In this document: positions 32,564 to 43,953 of the stretch, piece by piece | Numbering within the stretch: position 1 is the stretch's first letter | Layout: each line of letters opens with the position of its first letter | Assembly: GCA_963845145.1 (NCBI GenBank) | Contig: CAWJQU010000004.1 | Span: forward strand, 504,684-568,683 | Direction of reading: 5' to 3' | DNA length: 64,000 nucleotides | Source of the DNA: an uncultured delta proteobacterium | GTDB taxonomy: Bacteria; Desulfobacterota; Desulfobacteria; Desulfobacterales; QNYZ01 | Position numbers and translations under genes: made by a program | Notes under the pieces: generated by a model | Seen by the model: the letters and a program-made list of their open reading frames with translations, nothing else | Databases searched by the model: none | What the model was told of the DNA's origin: nothing

Positions 32564-35017
32564 TTACCCTTTTACTTTTTCGGTTGCCTGCTTCACAGCC
32601 TTTATTTCGCTTTTAAGGCGTCGTACCCTTGTATCCTGAAAAATTTGCCATCCCAGTCGATAATGCCGTGGAACGACAATAACATTCCGTGCCACTTTTT
32701 CGTCAGCCTTTAGTTGGAGTGCCAGCTCGTTTTCTCTATTATAAAGAGCGATCCCTTCACTTGCAGAAAGCCCTAATCGATTGATGGTATGTGGGTGCAT
32801 CTTGGCCCCGGGTGGGCCCCCAGTCTCACTCAAGACCGTGCTTTGAGTAGAAAGCGTTTCGGTTCCAAAGGTCTGATCCACGAGAAGCAAAACCAAGTTG
32901 TCGGAAGCAAACGCTTGTTCGATCTTTTGTTTATCTTGCGCGAGGCTTTGGTGATCGCCCAATAGCGCCGTCAAATCGATACGGTTCTGCCGATCACCAT
33001 TGCCTGAAATTGAAATAGCCGGATGAAAGTCCTTGAGGGCTTTTGCCAACCATAAGTCCGGGGTTTCACCTGTCGCTTTGACCAGACGATTCAAGGCTTG
33101 CCAGGCGGGGATAGGTTGAGCACCAGGGATATCACTTTCAAACACTCTCGGGGGATGGTCATTTTGGCCGGTAATACGAATCGGCTCCCCCCCCTTCAAA
33201 GCGGGCTGGGCGGTTTGAAGACGTCCCTCCTGGTTGATCCAATTTCCGCCGGCCTCATAAATGGTTTGGGTCGGGATGAAATAATGAGCGCTATTATTGA
33301 TGGGTGACGCCAGATAGTCCAGACCAACGAGTACCTCCAGCCGGTCGAGGGCGGCTTTGAGTCTTGCCTGATCCGGGTAGTGCTGCCACATATCGCTTTC
33401 CACAACAACCAACGCCCTGATGCGTCCGGCCTCAATTCCCTCAAGGATCTGTGTCATACAAACGCTGTCGCCATCTAAAAAGAGGCCGGCGGCTGCGTTT
33501 GCGCCGGTGAGGGTATAAAAAAGGCTCGTGTTGACATCCGCTCGCCTAAGGGTATCTACAAGCTCGGCTGCCAAAGAAATGTCGTTATGGGTGACAATAT
33601 CCGTGCCACAAATAACGACGGCGCGTTTACTCCATAGCAGTTGCTGGATTAGTTTTGGTAGGCGATTCGTCTCACTCTCTTCCAGGTTATCTTTATCTCC
33701 CGAGGTGATGGCATGGTTAATCTTTTTTATGGTCGCTGCCAGGTCCGCCGGATGGGTGCGCCAATAATCGAAATCAAAAGGTAACGCTACGCCACGCGGG
33801 TCAATAACGACCACATGGCCTCCCCTTAGTTGGGCTTGGCGTAATGACAGGGCCAGCATGGGAGCTTCATTTAACGGGTCGGCCCCGATGATCACGATGG
33901 TGTCTGCCGTAGAGATCTCGCTCAAAGATATGGCTGTTTCGGGGGTAAGGCGAGAGAGTGCGGTTGCCAGGTTTTTTGCGTTTCGTCGCGTCGTCGCCGC
34001 TACCGGCCCTAACCATTGGTTTTCCCGGCAAGCCTGTTTCATCGCGGCCACGGTTTCCAGGCTGCTGCGCATGGAACTCGCCACGGCGATACTATCGGGG
34101 CCAAATTGATTGGAGATTGTCAAAAGTTTTTCAGCGGCGTTAGCCAGGGCTTCGCCGATTGTACAGGGGCAACCCTTGGCCATCGCTTGACGGGGGCGTT
34201 TCTCTAAGCCGGCATAGGCATAGCCGTACCGGCCGCGATCGCAGATAAAGTAACCGTTGATATCGGTATTGGGACGGGCCTCGTGGCGTACGACTTCACG
34301 GTACCTGGAAGAGACCACCAGGTTGCACCCCAAGGAGCAATGGATACAGACGGATGGTGATCGTTCGAAATCCCAGCGGCGGCCAAAAAAGCGGGAGGGT
34401 TTGTCGGTGTAGACACCTGTAGGGCAGACATCAATCAAATTGCCGCTAAAAGGACTTTCCAGAGGTCCAGGGGTGCTGCGGCCAAAGTAAACCCTTGAGC
34501 CGATGCCCATCACGCCAAGGTCGCGGTATCCCGTAAACTCCTGGTAATAGCGGGCGCACCGATAACATTGGATACAACGGTTCATCTCATGCTGCACCAA
34601 AGGACCCAGGTATTGGTCCACATGGGTGCGTTTTTTGCCTTTGTATTTGCGCAACCCGTGGCCCCCGGCGATGGTTGTGTCTTGGAGCAGGCAATGTCCA
34701 CCCTCATCACACACCGGACAATCGTGGGGATGATGGAGCATGAGCCATTCAATCACATGCCGTCTGAAATCGACCGCTTCATCATCAATGGTGGAGACAA
34801 CCATACCGTCCTGGGCTTCCACCATGCAACTCATCTGAATGCCTTTGACCGGGCCTTCCTTGAATGCCACCGCACAAACCCGGCAAGCCCCCACCGACCC
34901 CAGCGCAGGGTGGTAGCAGAACCGGGGGATGACAATGCCCAATTGTTGTGCGGCGTCAATCACCTTGGTGTTGACGGGGACTTGAATTTCCTGGCTGTCG
35001 ATTACGAGCTTTGGCAT
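32564..35017 (-). CDS. nuoG: NADH-quinone oxidoreductase subunit G
   Basis: Probable ATG at 35017 (MPKLVID); CYHPALGSVGACRVC, HPHDCPVCDEGGHC, RCIQCYRC, CIHCSLGC...ICDRGR. Confidence 0.93.
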   Translation of the reverse strand: MPKLVIDSQEIQVPVNTKVIDAAQQLGIVIPRFCYHPALGSVGACRVCAVAFKEGPVKGIQMSCMVEAQDGMVVSTIDDEAVDFRRHVIEWLMLHHPHDCPVCDEGGHCLLQDTTIAGGHGLRKYKGKKRTHVDQYLGPLVQHEMNRCIQCYRCARYYQEFTGYRDLGVMGIGSRVYFGRSTPGPLESPFSGNLIDVCPTGVYTDKPSRFFGRRWDFERSPSVCIHCSLGCNLVVSSRYREVVRHEARPNTDINGYFICDRGRYGYAYAGLEKRPRQAMAKGCPCTIGEALANAAEKLLTISNQFGPDSIAVASSMRSSLETVAAMKQACRENQWLGPVAATTRRNAKNLATALSRLTPETAISLSEISTADTIVIIGADPLNEAPMLALSLRQAQLRGGHVVVIDPRGVALPFDFDYWRTHPADLAATIKKINHAITSGDKDNLEESETNRLPKLIQQLLWSKRAVVICGTDIVTHNDISLAAELVDTLRRADVNTSLFYTLTGANAAAGLFLDGDSVCMTQILEGIEAGRIRALVVVESDMWQHYPDQARLKAALDRLEVLVGLDYLASPINNSAHYFIPTQTIYEAGGNWINQEGRLQTAQPALKGGEPIRITGQNDHPPRVFESDIPGAQPIPAWQALNRLVKATGETPDLWLAKALKDFHPAISISGNGDRQNRIDLTALLGDHQSLAQDKQKIEQAFASDNLVLLLVDQTFGTETLSTQSTVLSETGGPPGAKMHPHTINRLGLSASEGIALYNRENELALQLKADEKVARNVIVVPRHYRLGWQIFQDTRVRRLKSEIKAVKQATEKVKG

Positions 35018-35031
35018 AATTAAATTTAGGG

Positions 35032-36315
35032 TTAACCCGGTTGTTTGAGTGGGCACCCTTTGCCCTCAATATGCGCCATGACTTCATCTTCAAATAGCGC
35101 CAATAAACTTTCAATCGGTCCGACCCCGCCTGGTGCAAAGGCGCAATAGGATTTCCACAGGTGGCCGCACATGGTTTTGATCCTGGGAATGAAGTCCGGT
35201 TCCCCTTGACCGTTTTCGATACGCTGCAGCAGATCCTTTAAGTAGGGAAAGCCTTCCCGGCAGGGGGTACACCAGCCACAGGATTCACGTCTGAAAAACT
35301 CGGTCAGGTTCAATGTGGCGGCAACCATACAGGTCCGATGGTCGAAAACCATGATGGCCCCAGTTCCCAATCGATTGCGTGCTTTTTTCAGGGAATCGAA
35401 ATCCATTTCAATATGGTAATACTCAGGCGTCAAAAAACCTGTGGACGCGCCACCCGGCAGGCAGGCCTTGAAACGGGCGCCATCTTTCATCCCCCCACAA
35501 TAGGTCTCAATGATTTCCGACAGCTTGATTCCCAGGGGGAGTTCATAGCATCCCGGGCGGTTGACTTTGCCGGAGACACAAAAAAGTTTGGTTCCGGCGG
35601 CATCCGGTGCCAGGGCGAGGTCTTTAAACCATTGGGCGCCGTTTTTAACGACGTGGGGGATGCAGGCCAGGGTCTCCACGTTTTGGAGCAGGGTGGGTAA
35701 ATCCCACAACCCTTTATCCGTGGGGTAGGGCGGGGGCTGTTTGGGGTTGGGGCGCTTACCTTGTAAGGCGTTGAGTTGAGCGGTAACTTCACCACAAATA
35801 TAGCGACCCCCGCTGCGATGAACAACGATGCGAAAGCTGAAATCACTTCCCAGGATATGGTTCCCTAATAAGCCTGCTTTTTCAGCGATGGAGATCTCTC
35901 GTTCCAGAATTTTTGCTGCCGATTCATATTCCGGCCGGATGAATATGATCCCGTGATCGGCCTGAATGGCATAGGCGGCCAGGATCATCCCTTCGATGAG
36001 CATGTGGGGTTCTGCGTGCAGAAAGACCCGGTCTTTGAAGGTACCCGGCTCCATCTCGTCGGCATTGCAGACCACATAGCGGGGATGGGGGGCGTCTTCC
36101 GCTACCGTCACCATCTTCTGCCCGGCAGGAAAACCGGCACCTCCCCTTCCCAACAGGACGGCATCGAGCACCTTTTCCTGAATCTGCTTGGGTGTTGCCC
36201 GGGCAATGGCCTCTTGCAGGGCTGTATAGCCGCCATCCTGACGGTACTCATCAATAGTTGTGATGCGATCCGGTTTGCGGTTTTTCAACAGAACTTGGGG
36301 ATACGCGGTCGTCAT
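35032..36315 (-). CDS. nuoF: NADH-quinone oxidoreductase subunit F
   Basis: GRGGAGFP, CNADEMEPGTFKDR, ESCGWCTPCREG. Confidence 0.95.
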   Translation of the reverse strand: MTTAYPQVLLKNRKPDRITTIDEYRQDGGYTALQEAIARATPKQIQEKVLDAVLLGRGGAGFPAGQKMVTVAEDAPHPRYVVCNADEMEPGTFKDRVFLHAEPHMLIEGMILAAYAIQADHGIIFIRPEYESAAKILEREISIAEKAGLLGNHILGSDFSFRIVVHRSGGRYICGEVTAQLNALQGKRPNPKQPPPYPTDKGLWDLPTLLQNVETLACIPHVVKNGAQWFKDLALAPDAAGTKLFCVSGKVNRPGCYELPLGIKLSEIIETYCGGMKDGARFKACLPGGASTGFLTPEYYHIEMDFDSLKKARNRLGTGAIMVFDHRTCMVAATLNLTEFFRRESCGWCTPCREGFPYLKDLLQRIENGQGEPDFIPRIKTMCGHLWKSYCAFAPGGVGPIESLLALFEDEVMAHIEGKGCPLKQPG

Positions 36316-36788
36316 GATGCATCTCCCCTCAATTTTTCTATTAGATGATCCAGGGATTCGATGGTCAGGGGGCCGTGGGCTTCACGGTTGATTAAAATGG
36401 CCGGGGCCCTGTCGCAATAGCCGATGCAGCAAACCGGCAGTATCGTAAACAGGCCATCAGCCGTAGTCTCGCCCATTCTAATACCCAGAACCTTTAATAG
36501 GTGGGCGACAAGGCTTTCCTCGCCTTCCATCCAGCAGATCACACTGTCGCAGACATGAATGACATATTTACCGACCGGCTCTCTGTATATAAAGGTATAG
36601 AAAGTGGCCAGCTCCTCAATCTCCAAAGGTGTCATGCCCAACAGGCCTGAGGCCTGATCCATGGCCTCGTCGCTGAAATAGCCGTAGTGGTCCTGCAAGG
36701 CATTGATCACATCGATGGCCAGCTCGCGGGGATGCTCGACGTTGCCGATATGTTCTACTAATTGCTTTTCTAAAGTTGCAGGTATCAT
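36312..36788 (-). CDS. nuoE: NADH-quinone oxidoreductase subunit E
   Basis: ATFYT, CDSVIC...CCIGYCDRAP 2Fe-2S ligands. Confidence 0.93.
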   Translation of the reverse strand: MIPATLEKQLVEHIGNVEHPRELAIDVINALQDHYGYFSDEAMDQASGLLGMTPLEIEELATFYTFIYREPVGKYVIHVCDSVICWMEGEESLVAHLLKVLGIRMGETTADGLFTILPVCCIGYCDRAPAILINREAHGPLTIESLDHLIEKLRGDAS

Positions 36789-36792
36789 AAAA

Positions 36793-39177
36793 TTAACGGT
36801 CGATATCCGGTAAAATATAATCCACAGATCCGATAATGGTGATCAAATCGGAGATGGACCAACCTTTGGCCATTAAGGGCATGGCCTGCACATTGGCAAA
36901 TCCGGGTGCCCGGATGCGCATGCGATAGGCATAACCCATCCCATCGCTGACGACGTAATAGCCTTGTTCTCCCCTGGGAATTTCGCAAGAGGCGTAGGCT
37001 TCTCCCTTGGGAATCTTAGGTCCCCGGGTGACATTGATAAAATGGTGGATCAGGCTCTCGATATCTTTGAGCATATCTTTGCGCGCCGGGATGGCGTAGC
37101 GGTAGTCATCCGTCACATACCGCCCGGCCGGCATGTTGTCGGCCGCCTGGCGAATAATGGACAAGCTCTGGCGCATCTCTTCCACCCGGACCAGGTAGCG
37201 AGCGTAGCAATCACCGTTATCCGCGGTGGGAATTTCAAAATCGAATTGCTCGTAACCACTATAAGGAAATGCTTTCCGTAAGTCCCAGGCTAATCCGCAA
37301 GCCCGCAAGTTGGGGCCGCTGACCCCCCAATCCATAGCATCCTTAAGGCTAATGGCACCAATACCCATGGTACGGGCTCGAAAGATGGGGTTGCGGGTGA
37401 TCAGGGCTTCATATTCATCCATTCGGCCTGGAAAAATTTTTACGAACGCGTCCACTTTTTCTTGCCACCCATCGGGCAGGTCCGCTGCCACGCCACCGAT
37501 TCGAAACCAGGAGGGATGCAGGCGGCCCCCGGAAATCATTTCAACGATATCGAGGATCATCTCCCGTTCACGAAAGGTATAAAAGGTAGGCGCCATGGCT
37601 CCCACATCATGAGCATACGTTCCCAACCAGACGAGATGGTTACTTAGCCGAAACAGTTCACTTAGGAGGACGCGGATACATTGGGCTCGGGATGGCACGG
37701 TAACACCGGCCAGTTTTTCTACCGCCATCACATAAGGCAGGTTGTTGGCGGCCCCGGCCAGGTAGTCCACCCGATCGGTGTAGGGGATAAACTGGTTCCA
37801 GTTCTGGCGTTCGCCGATTTTTTCTGCAGCACGATGGTGGTAGCCGATCTCAATGTCCATATCGGAAATTTCTTCACCGTTTAAGGCCAGCACGTAACGA
37901 ATCAAGCCGTGGGTGCTGACGTGGTGGGGGCCCACGTTGAGGATCAGCTCTTCATTCCCTTTTATGTTTTTCAGGAAAATCCCGCCTTCGGCAGGTTGTA
38001 ACCGGCGGGCATCATCGTCCGTGTAGGGTTCCATCTCTGTGGCCCGTCCCGGATACTCTTTGCGTAAAGGATGACCTTGCCAGTGGTCGGGCATCAAGAT
38101 ACGCCTCAGATCCGGATGACCGTCAAAACCGATGCCGAACATGTCGAAGACTTCGCGCTCGTACCAGTTGGCCGAAGGCCATAGTTCGGTGACACTGGGT
38201 GCTTTGGTTGTGTCTTTTGGTAAGGGGATTTTCAATCGCAGGCGAGTACCAGATTCAAACGAGAGCAGGTTGTAGACCAGCGTAAATTTATGGTCCGGTT
38301 TCGGATCGCGCCGTGTGGATTCATCAATAGCGGTGACGTCCTCAAGGCGCTGAAAGCGAATGGAAGACCGGGTTTTAAGAAAACCCAAAACCTCCTGAAG
38401 CACATCGACAGATAAACGGAATACAGCCATGTCGGAAGTCGGCTCTATGGGAGAAACGGAATCTTTAAACCGGTCCGCAAGCTCACGCGTCAATTGTTGA
38501 TCCGTATCGGACAGTGGCCGCTCAGCGGCAGGGGGTGTCCACATCACATCAGTACGGCTTTCGTTAAAGTACGGTGGTGTAACAGAGGTGCCCCGGATAC
38601 GTGTCCCCAACATACCGGGGCCACGTGGATCTCGGCTTTTTGTTTTGCCGTCAACCAGAAGGGGCTGCTCTGTACCCTGACTACCCCCTGCCAGGTGAAA
38701 AATGCGGCGGGCCGGTTTCTCTTCAACAATTTTTTCCTGAAGCTTGATCAGGCCGGCAAGGACCGCTTCGGGCCGGGGTGGACAGCCGGGAATAAAGATA
38801 TCAACGGGTAGGATTTGATTCACGCCTTGAACAACACTGTAAACATCATACATCCCACCTGTATTTGAGCAGGAACCCATTGAGACAACCCACTTGGGTT
38901 CGGCCATCTGTTCGTAGAGCCGCAAAACCACTGGCGCGATTTTTTTAAAGACTGTGCCGGAGATGATCAACAGATCGGACTGTCGAGGCGATGGCCTTAT
39001 AACTTCTGCACCGAAGCGAGCGATATCATAGCGAGCGGTAAAAGCCGTAGCCTCTTCGACAAAGCAACAGGATAGCCCGAAAAACATGGGCCACAAGCTG
39101 TTCTTTCGGGACCAATTGAGTACCATGTCAATGCCGGAAAAGAGGCTGTCTAATTTTTGCCTGGGTTCGGACCCCAC
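36793..39177 (-). CDS. nuoBCD: Fused NADH-quinone oxidoreductase subunit B/C/D
   Basis: 794 aa: NuoB ([18 protein letters not shown]), NuoC ([20 protein letters not shown]), NuoD ([28 protein letters not shown]). Confidence 0.93.
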   Translation of the reverse strand: MGSEPRQKLDSLFSGIDMVLNWSRKNSLWPMFFGLSCCFVEEATAFTARYDIARFGAEVIRPSPRQSDLLIISGTVFKKIAPVVLRLYEQMAEPKWVVSMGSCSNTGGMYDVYSVVQGVNQILPVDIFIPGCPPRPEAVLAGLIKLQEKIVEEKPARRIFHLAGGSQGTEQPLLVDGKTKSRDPRGPGMLGTRIRGTSVTPPYFNESRTDVMWTPPAAERPLSDTDQQLTRELADRFKDSVSPIEPTSDMAVFRLSVDVLQEVLGFLKTRSSIRFQRLEDVTAIDESTRRDPKPDHKFTLVYNLLSFESGTRLRLKIPLPKDTTKAPSVTELWPSANWYEREVFDMFGIGFDGHPDLRRILMPDHWQGHPLRKEYPGRATEMEPYTDDDARRLQPAEGGIFLKNIKGNEELILNVGPHHVSTHGLIRYVLALNGEEISDMDIEIGYHHRAAEKIGERQNWNQFIPYTDRVDYLAGAANNLPYVMAVEKLAGVTVPSRAQCIRVLLSELFRLSNHLVWLGTYAHDVGAMAPTFYTFREREMILDIVEMISGGRLHPSWFRIGGVAADLPDGWQEKVDAFVKIFPGRMDEYEALITRNPIFRARTMGIGAISLKDAMDWGVSGPNLRACGLAWDLRKAFPYSGYEQFDFEIPTADNGDCYARYLVRVEEMRQSLSIIRQAADNMPAGRYVTDDYRYAIPARKDMLKDIESLIHHFINVTRGPKIPKGEAYASCEIPRGEQGYYVVSDGMGYAYRMRIRAPGFANVQAMPLMAKGWSISDLITIIGSVDYILPDIDR

Positions 39178-39560
39178 TCAAGGCCTCCTTTTACCCAAAT
39201 ATAGACCAACCCAGCCATCAATACAAAAATGAAGAAGGAGATCTGGAACCAACCCGCCCATCCAAGGGCATCTCCGGCAATTGCGTAAGAAAAGATAAAT
39301 GCGCCCTCAAGGTCAAAGAGTAAAAAGAAGATGGCCACCATGAAAAAAGGGACGGGGTAACGTAGCCGGGCCGGGCCCGTAGGGATGATACCGCTCTCAT
39401 AAGCCCTGTTTTTCTCGAGGGTTGGTTTGCGTTGGCCCAACCACCGTGACAGGAATAAAAGGACAAAGGCAACGCCCGCCACAATGGTGGCATAGACTAC
39501 CAGGCTAAAAATGCCCGGCTGCCATGGTGATAGCATTCCCTCAATATTAACTGGCTGCAT
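39150..39560 (-). CDS. nuoA: NADH-quinone oxidoreductase subunit A
   Basis: AYESGI...[14 protein letters not shown]...KGGLEW. Confidence 0.95.
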   Translation of the reverse strand: MQPVNIEGMLSPWQPGIFSLVVYATIVAGVAFVLLFLSRWLGQRKPTLEKNRAYESGIIPTGPARLRYPVPFFMVAIFFLLFDLEGAFIFSYAIAGDALGWAGWFQISFFIFVLMAGLVYIWVKGGLEWGPNPGKN

Positions 39561-39654
39561 TCATACTCTCCGGATTTATGAAAGCTTAACGCATGGCCAA
39601 TAAATCGTTCCTACAGCGAACACCGGGTCGGTTTGGACGGGCCGAATCGGTTTG

Positions 39655-40119
39655 TTACCTTTTGTGGTCCCAGCCCCAATTCTCGTAGTATTCCCAGCTT
39701 GCGAGCGTGTTGAGTTCCTTCATTTTTTTATCCTGTGCGAGCAGGCTGGCACGCATCACATCGCCGATGGAAAGCAGACCTATTTGTTTGCCCTCTTTTT
39801 CAATGACGATATGCCGGATAAACAGTCCCAGGAACATCTCTTTTAGCTTGAGAACAGGTGTGTCGTAGGTCGCCGAGCGCAGGGGTGAACTCATGTAGTC
39901 GCGCACACGGGCCGTTTTGAGGTCAAAATTAGGGTCAGCGCTTATTCGCAACAGGTCCCGCTCGGAAAAAATCCCTACCATGCGGTCCGCGCCTTCAATC
40001 AATACCGTTCCAATCCGGTTTTCTGCCATGAGGCGAACGGCATCGAATATCTTTTTGTCACCATCAATGCTCACCATGCCCCGGTTGTTGGCATTTACGA
40101 TATCTTCTGCAGTTTTCAT
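39655..40119 (-). CDS. CBS domain protein
   Basis: Tandem CBS motifs (VGIFSERDL, IGLLSIGDV). Confidence 0.9.
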   Translation of the reverse strand: MKTAEDIVNANNRGMVSIDGDKKIFDAVRLMAENRIGTVLIEGADRMVGIFSERDLLRISADPNFDLKTARVRDYMSSPLRSATYDTPVLKLKEMFLGLFIRHIVIEKEGKQIGLLSIGDVMRASLLAQDKKMKELNTLASWEYYENWGWDHKR

Positions 40120-40289
40120 TTTTTTGCCCTCCTTTTAACCATAGGCATCTTATTTTTAAATGTCACCGGCAGAGGTTAAAAAGTATCATAGCGTCAACGT
40201 TTGATTTGTGTGTCAATTACCCTGATCCAGTTTTTGTAACTCACCTAAAGGATTGACCGGCCGAATGGGGCATTGCCTGGGCGATCGGA

Positions 40290-41237
40290 TTAACCCGCGA
40301 CCAACCGTTTGGCCAGGGCATCAATATGTCGATCATCCGTACCGCAACAGCCGCCCAGGATTTTCATGCCGAGGCTATTTTTAAGGTCGGCAACGGTTTG
40401 ACCGAATTTCTTCGGCGCTTCCGTCACCAGATTGTCGCTATCATCCAATTCTTCAGGCGTCAGTGCAGCCGTATTGGCCAAAAGGCCGATTATTCGTTCT
40501 CGCGTATGGCGGGATGAGTTGACTTCGTGTAAAAGGGCGGCTTTAAAAATCGAGGCATGGGTGCAGTTGATCATATAGGCCAGCGGTTTAGGGTTAACCT
40601 TGGTGTCAATCGTATCGATGGCATCGGCCAACGGCGTCCCATCCAGTAGCGTTCCCTCGGGGCGGACGATAAAACTGATGATATACGGGCATCCGGTTTC
40701 GGCTATGGCCAAGGCCAGTCCGGTGGCTTCGCTTAAGGCGGGTAGCGTGGCGGCCATCACAAAATCGACCCCGGCCTCGGCCAATTTCTTTGCCTGCCAG
40801 GTATGAAAATCATGAGCTTTGGCGGCCGTGAGGGCCTCGGCCGGCTGATAGGCGTCGCCCCGGCAGCTCATTAAACCACCGATGGTCAATTTTTCGGCAT
40901 ATTTACCATAGCTTCTTCGCAATGCATCGAAAAACCTGAAATTATCGCCGTTCACATCCCGATCGGCATAACCGGCGGCGGCAATCCGTTCCTTGCTGGC
41001 CCGCCAGGTGGGCGTCGAGAACATCAGGGGCAGATCATATCGGCGGCCGATGTCCAGATAGGGCCTGTAAATGGCCTCAAGGGCACCGCGCTTGGTGTCA
41101 TCGTAAATGAAAGCCGAATTGACGATTTCCGGATCGAGTTCGATATCGGGATTGCGCCGCAGCCGTTCGATAACGGCACCTTCTCCCAGAATGCAAGCGG
41201 ATCGGTCTATTAATTGGGTAAAAATGTTGGAGGTCAT
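40290..41237 (-). CDS. Homocysteine S-methyltransferase family protein
   Basis: LGEGAVIERL N-terminus, MINCTH, ILGGCCGTDDRHI Zn-binding motif. Confidence 0.9.
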   Translation of the reverse strand: MTSNIFTQLIDRSACILGEGAVIERLRRNPDIELDPEIVNSAFIYDDTKRGALEAIYRPYLDIGRRYDLPLMFSTPTWRASKERIAAAGYADRDVNGDNFRFFDALRRSYGKYAEKLTIGGLMSCRGDAYQPAEALTAAKAHDFHTWQAKKLAEAGVDFVMAATLPALSEATGLALAIAETGCPYIISFIVRPEGTLLDGTPLADAIDTIDTKVNPKPLAYMINCTHASIFKAALLHEVNSSRHTRERIIGLLANTAALTPEELDDSDNLVTEAPKKFGQTVADLKNSLGMKILGGCCGTDDRHIDALAKRLVAG

Positions 41238-41287
41238 GATATTTTTCCATTTTGTTTGTTTTCGAAAAGCTTGGAACTATAAGCCTT

Positions 41288-42337
41288 TTAATTATTCCAA
41301 GAAAAAAGCGCGGCACCGCTCCCAATGAAGATAACCGTAAAAAGAGAGAGGATGGCCAATTCCGGCGTGACGTCTAACAAGGTGGACCCATCGTTCATGA
41401 CGCTCCGGGCGGCCTTCAGCAAGTGCGTTAGTGGAAATATCTGGGCAATCATTTTCACCCACCCCGGGGCACCCTCCAGGGAAAACCAGACTTCCGACAG
41501 GAACATCATCGGCCAGGCGATGAAATTCAACACTCCGGAGACGAACTCCTCACTCGTGCCGCGAGAGGCCAGCAGAAGGCCCATGGCGCTCAGGGCGAGA
41601 CTCCCGGCCAAAAAGACCATAAAAAGTGTAACATACGATCCCTGCACCTGGAAGTGGAAGAATAGATGACTCCCGACCCAAACAACCACAACGGAAAACA
41701 TCAATACAAACAGGCGGGATACCAGTTGAGAGCTCAAGTACTCAAAGGCTGTCAGCGGCGTCACCATCAACCGTTTGAGTACCCCGGTTTTTCGGTAGCG
41801 CACCACGACATAGCCGACGCCCCACAGGGAGCTGAACATCATGTTCATGCCCAAAATCCCCGGAAAAAGCCAATCGATGTAGCGAATCTCCCGCCCCTGA
41901 ATCTGTTCTTTTACCACGAGTTTAGCGTCGTTCGGCGAAGAGGACAAGCTGGCTTTAAACACCCGTTCCATCATGTGGCCCTTGGGAGAGGTATCGCTGA
42001 TCCAGTAGGGGTGCGGCGGTGGCCCCAGCCTAACCAGAAGGTCGATGCGATGGTGCCTTAGTCGTTCAAGGCCGGCTTGAAGTGTTGGAAATCCGACAAA
42101 TTCCAGGTAGCGGGTTTGGGTGAATTCTTGGGGTAGATCCAATTGGGCGGCCTGGGGTTTTGATGTCGATAGCGGATAGACCCCAATTTTATATAGACTG
42201 GGCTCTTTGGCCCCGAAAATCAATCCGAATCCAGCCACGAGCAAAAAGGGAAATAGGATGTTCCAACCAAAACCGGCTCGATCACGAAAGAATTCCCGGT
42301 TTCGTGCCGCAAACATAACCTGGAAGCGTTTAAACAT
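41288..42337 (-). CDS. ABC-2 type exporter permease
   Basis: YIDWLFPGILGM, GVLKRLMVTP, FPLTHL. Confidence 0.9.
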   Translation of the reverse strand: MFKRFQVMFAARNREFFRDRAGFGWNILFPFLLVAGFGLIFGAKEPSLYKIGVYPLSTSKPQAAQLDLPQEFTQTRYLEFVGFPTLQAGLERLRHHRIDLLVRLGPPPHPYWISDTSPKGHMMERVFKASLSSSPNDAKLVVKEQIQGREIRYIDWLFPGILGMNMMFSSLWGVGYVVVRYRKTGVLKRLMVTPLTAFEYLSSQLVSRLFVLMFSVVVVWVGSHLFFHFQVQGSYVTLFMVFLAGSLALSAMGLLLASRGTSEEFVSGVLNFIAWPMMFLSEVWFSLEGAPGWVKMIAQIFPLTHLLKAARSVMNDGSTLLDVTPELAILSLFTVIFIGSGAALFSWNN

Positions 42338-42346
42338 GGTTCCTCT

Positions 42347-42402
42347 TCTGGTTTTTCTGATCTGGTTTTTCTGGTCTGGTTTTTCCGGTCTGGTTTTTCC
42401 GG
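42347..42402. repeat. 14-bp tandem repeat x4 between the ABC genes
   Basis: TCTGGTTTTTCTGA/TCTGGTTTTTCTGG/TCTGGTTTTTCCGG/TCTGGTTTTTCCGG. Confidence 0.9.
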
Positions 42403-42422
42403 CGATTTGATTCGAAAGGCGC

Positions 42423-43316
42423 TTACTCCGGAACCGGCGCCAATTGTTTGCCGGTCAGGTTCAGAAAAACATCTTCCAGATTCGGCGTTCGAATCGATAT
42501 ATCCGTCAAATCAATGCCTTCGTTGAGTAATTGTTTCAGGCATCCATTGGCGTCGTCGGCTTCAATCTCAATATGACCATCGGTTTCCCGGCGAACGGGG
42601 TACACATTCTCCAGCTTGGATGCCAGGTGATTTTTGGGTAATGTCACGGTGATCCCCTTGCAATGCGTTGCAATCAACGCCTTGGGCGTTCCCTGTGCGA
42701 TGATCCGGCCCTGATCCATGATGGCGATTTCATCGCATAGTTTTTCAGCTTCTTCCATATAATGGGTGGTGATGACGATGGTTCGCCCCTGTTGCTTGAT
42801 CGTTTCAATCACTCTCCATAGATCCTGGCGCGCGTGGGGATCGAGGCCCGTTGAGGGCTCATCTAAAAACAACAAATTCGGCTCGTTGATCAAGGCCAGT
42901 GCCAGCCAGAGACGTTGTTTTTGCCCACCGGATATTTTGTCGTTCATCCGATCGACCACGTCCTCCAGACTGCACAGTTTTATGACCTCATCGACACCCA
43001 TGGCCGTCTGATATAAAGATTGAAAGGTGTGAAGCGTTTCGCGAACGGTTAAAAAAGCGAGCAATTCGGTTTTTTGAAATTGAATGCCCACCTCTTCCAA
43101 AAAGCCGGCCGAGCGAGGCCGGCCCTTATAAAGGATAGCGCCCTCATCGGGGTGAATAACCTTCTCAATCATCTCGATGGTTGTGGTTTTCCCCGCCCCG
43201 TTGGGACCCAATAATCCGAAACAAGTACCCGGGGCGATGGTGAAACTGACCCCATTGACGGCATTGATTTTACCGTAGCGTTTGATCAGGTGTTTGACTT
43301 CAAGAATTGCTGTCAT
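42423..43316 (-). CDS. ABC transporter ATP-binding protein
   Basis: GPNGAGKTT, ISGGQKQR, LFLDEPSTGLD, TTHYMEEA. Confidence 0.95.
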   Translation of the reverse strand: MTAILEVKHLIKRYGKINAVNGVSFTIAPGTCFGLLGPNGAGKTTTIEMIEKVIHPDEGAILYKGRPRSAGFLEEVGIQFQKTELLAFLTVRETLHTFQSLYQTAMGVDEVIKLCSLEDVVDRMNDKISGGQKQRLWLALALINEPNLLFLDEPSTGLDPHARQDLWRVIETIKQQGRTIVITTHYMEEAEKLCDEIAIMDQGRIIAQGTPKALIATHCKGITVTLPKNHLASKLENVYPVRRETDGHIEIEADDANGCLKQLLNEGIDLTDISIRTPNLEDVFLNLTGKQLAPVPE

Positions 43317-43552
43317 ATGATTTTAAAAATGTCCGTTTCAGTGGTGATCGAGAGATCTTGTGAAGCTTGTAACCCAATTGGCAGTGACGGCTCAATACAA
43401 AACTGATGAATAAGGTTTTGTAATCCGGTCAAGATTGGGCCAAGATGGATGACTTTATTCGATTTCATCAAGAATAATACTCGGTGTGGTTGCGGCCGCA
43501 TTGATCGTTTAATCAATCCAAATCAATCCAAAACAATGTAAAGGAGTTAAAA

Positions 43553-43915
43553 ATGGGAGAAAATTTGATGGAGGTGACCGATACCAATTTTGAAAAAGAG
43601 GTGCTTCAAGCCGATAAGCCGGTTCTGGTCGACTTTTGGGCGCCCTGGTGCGGTCCCTGCAAAGCCATCGGTCCGATTGTGGATAAACTGGCTGAATCAT
43701 ACGGCGATCGGGTGACTTTTGCCAAATGCAATGTCGATGATAACCCCGCCACACCGGGAAAATACGGTATCCGGTCAATCCCAACCCTCATGATTTTCAA
43801 AGGCGGAAAGGTGGCGGAGCAGGTGGTGGGCATGACCGGCAAACCCCAACTGGAAAAAACGCTTAATGCCGTTCTGGATGATGGAGACTCCTCCCAACCA
43901 TTTGTGGTGGCCTGA
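43553..43915 (+). CDS. trxA: Thioredoxin
   Basis: VDFWAPWCGPCK; GIRSIPTL; AGGAG RBS. Confidence 0.95.
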   Translation: MGENLMEVTDTNFEKEVLQADKPVLVDFWAPWCGPCKAIGPIVDKLAESYGDRVTFAKCNVDDNPATPGKYGIRSIPTLMIFKGGKVAEQVVGMTGKPQLEKTLNAVLDDGDSSQPFVVA

Positions 43916-43953
43916 CGCACTGGCTATCGTTGCATCACCTTCAGGATGCTTTC

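Noticed and set aside
42347..42402. Possible CRISPR array (also 18992-19066 and 22976-23023)
   Set aside because: Units are directly adjacent with no spacers and too short; no cas genes
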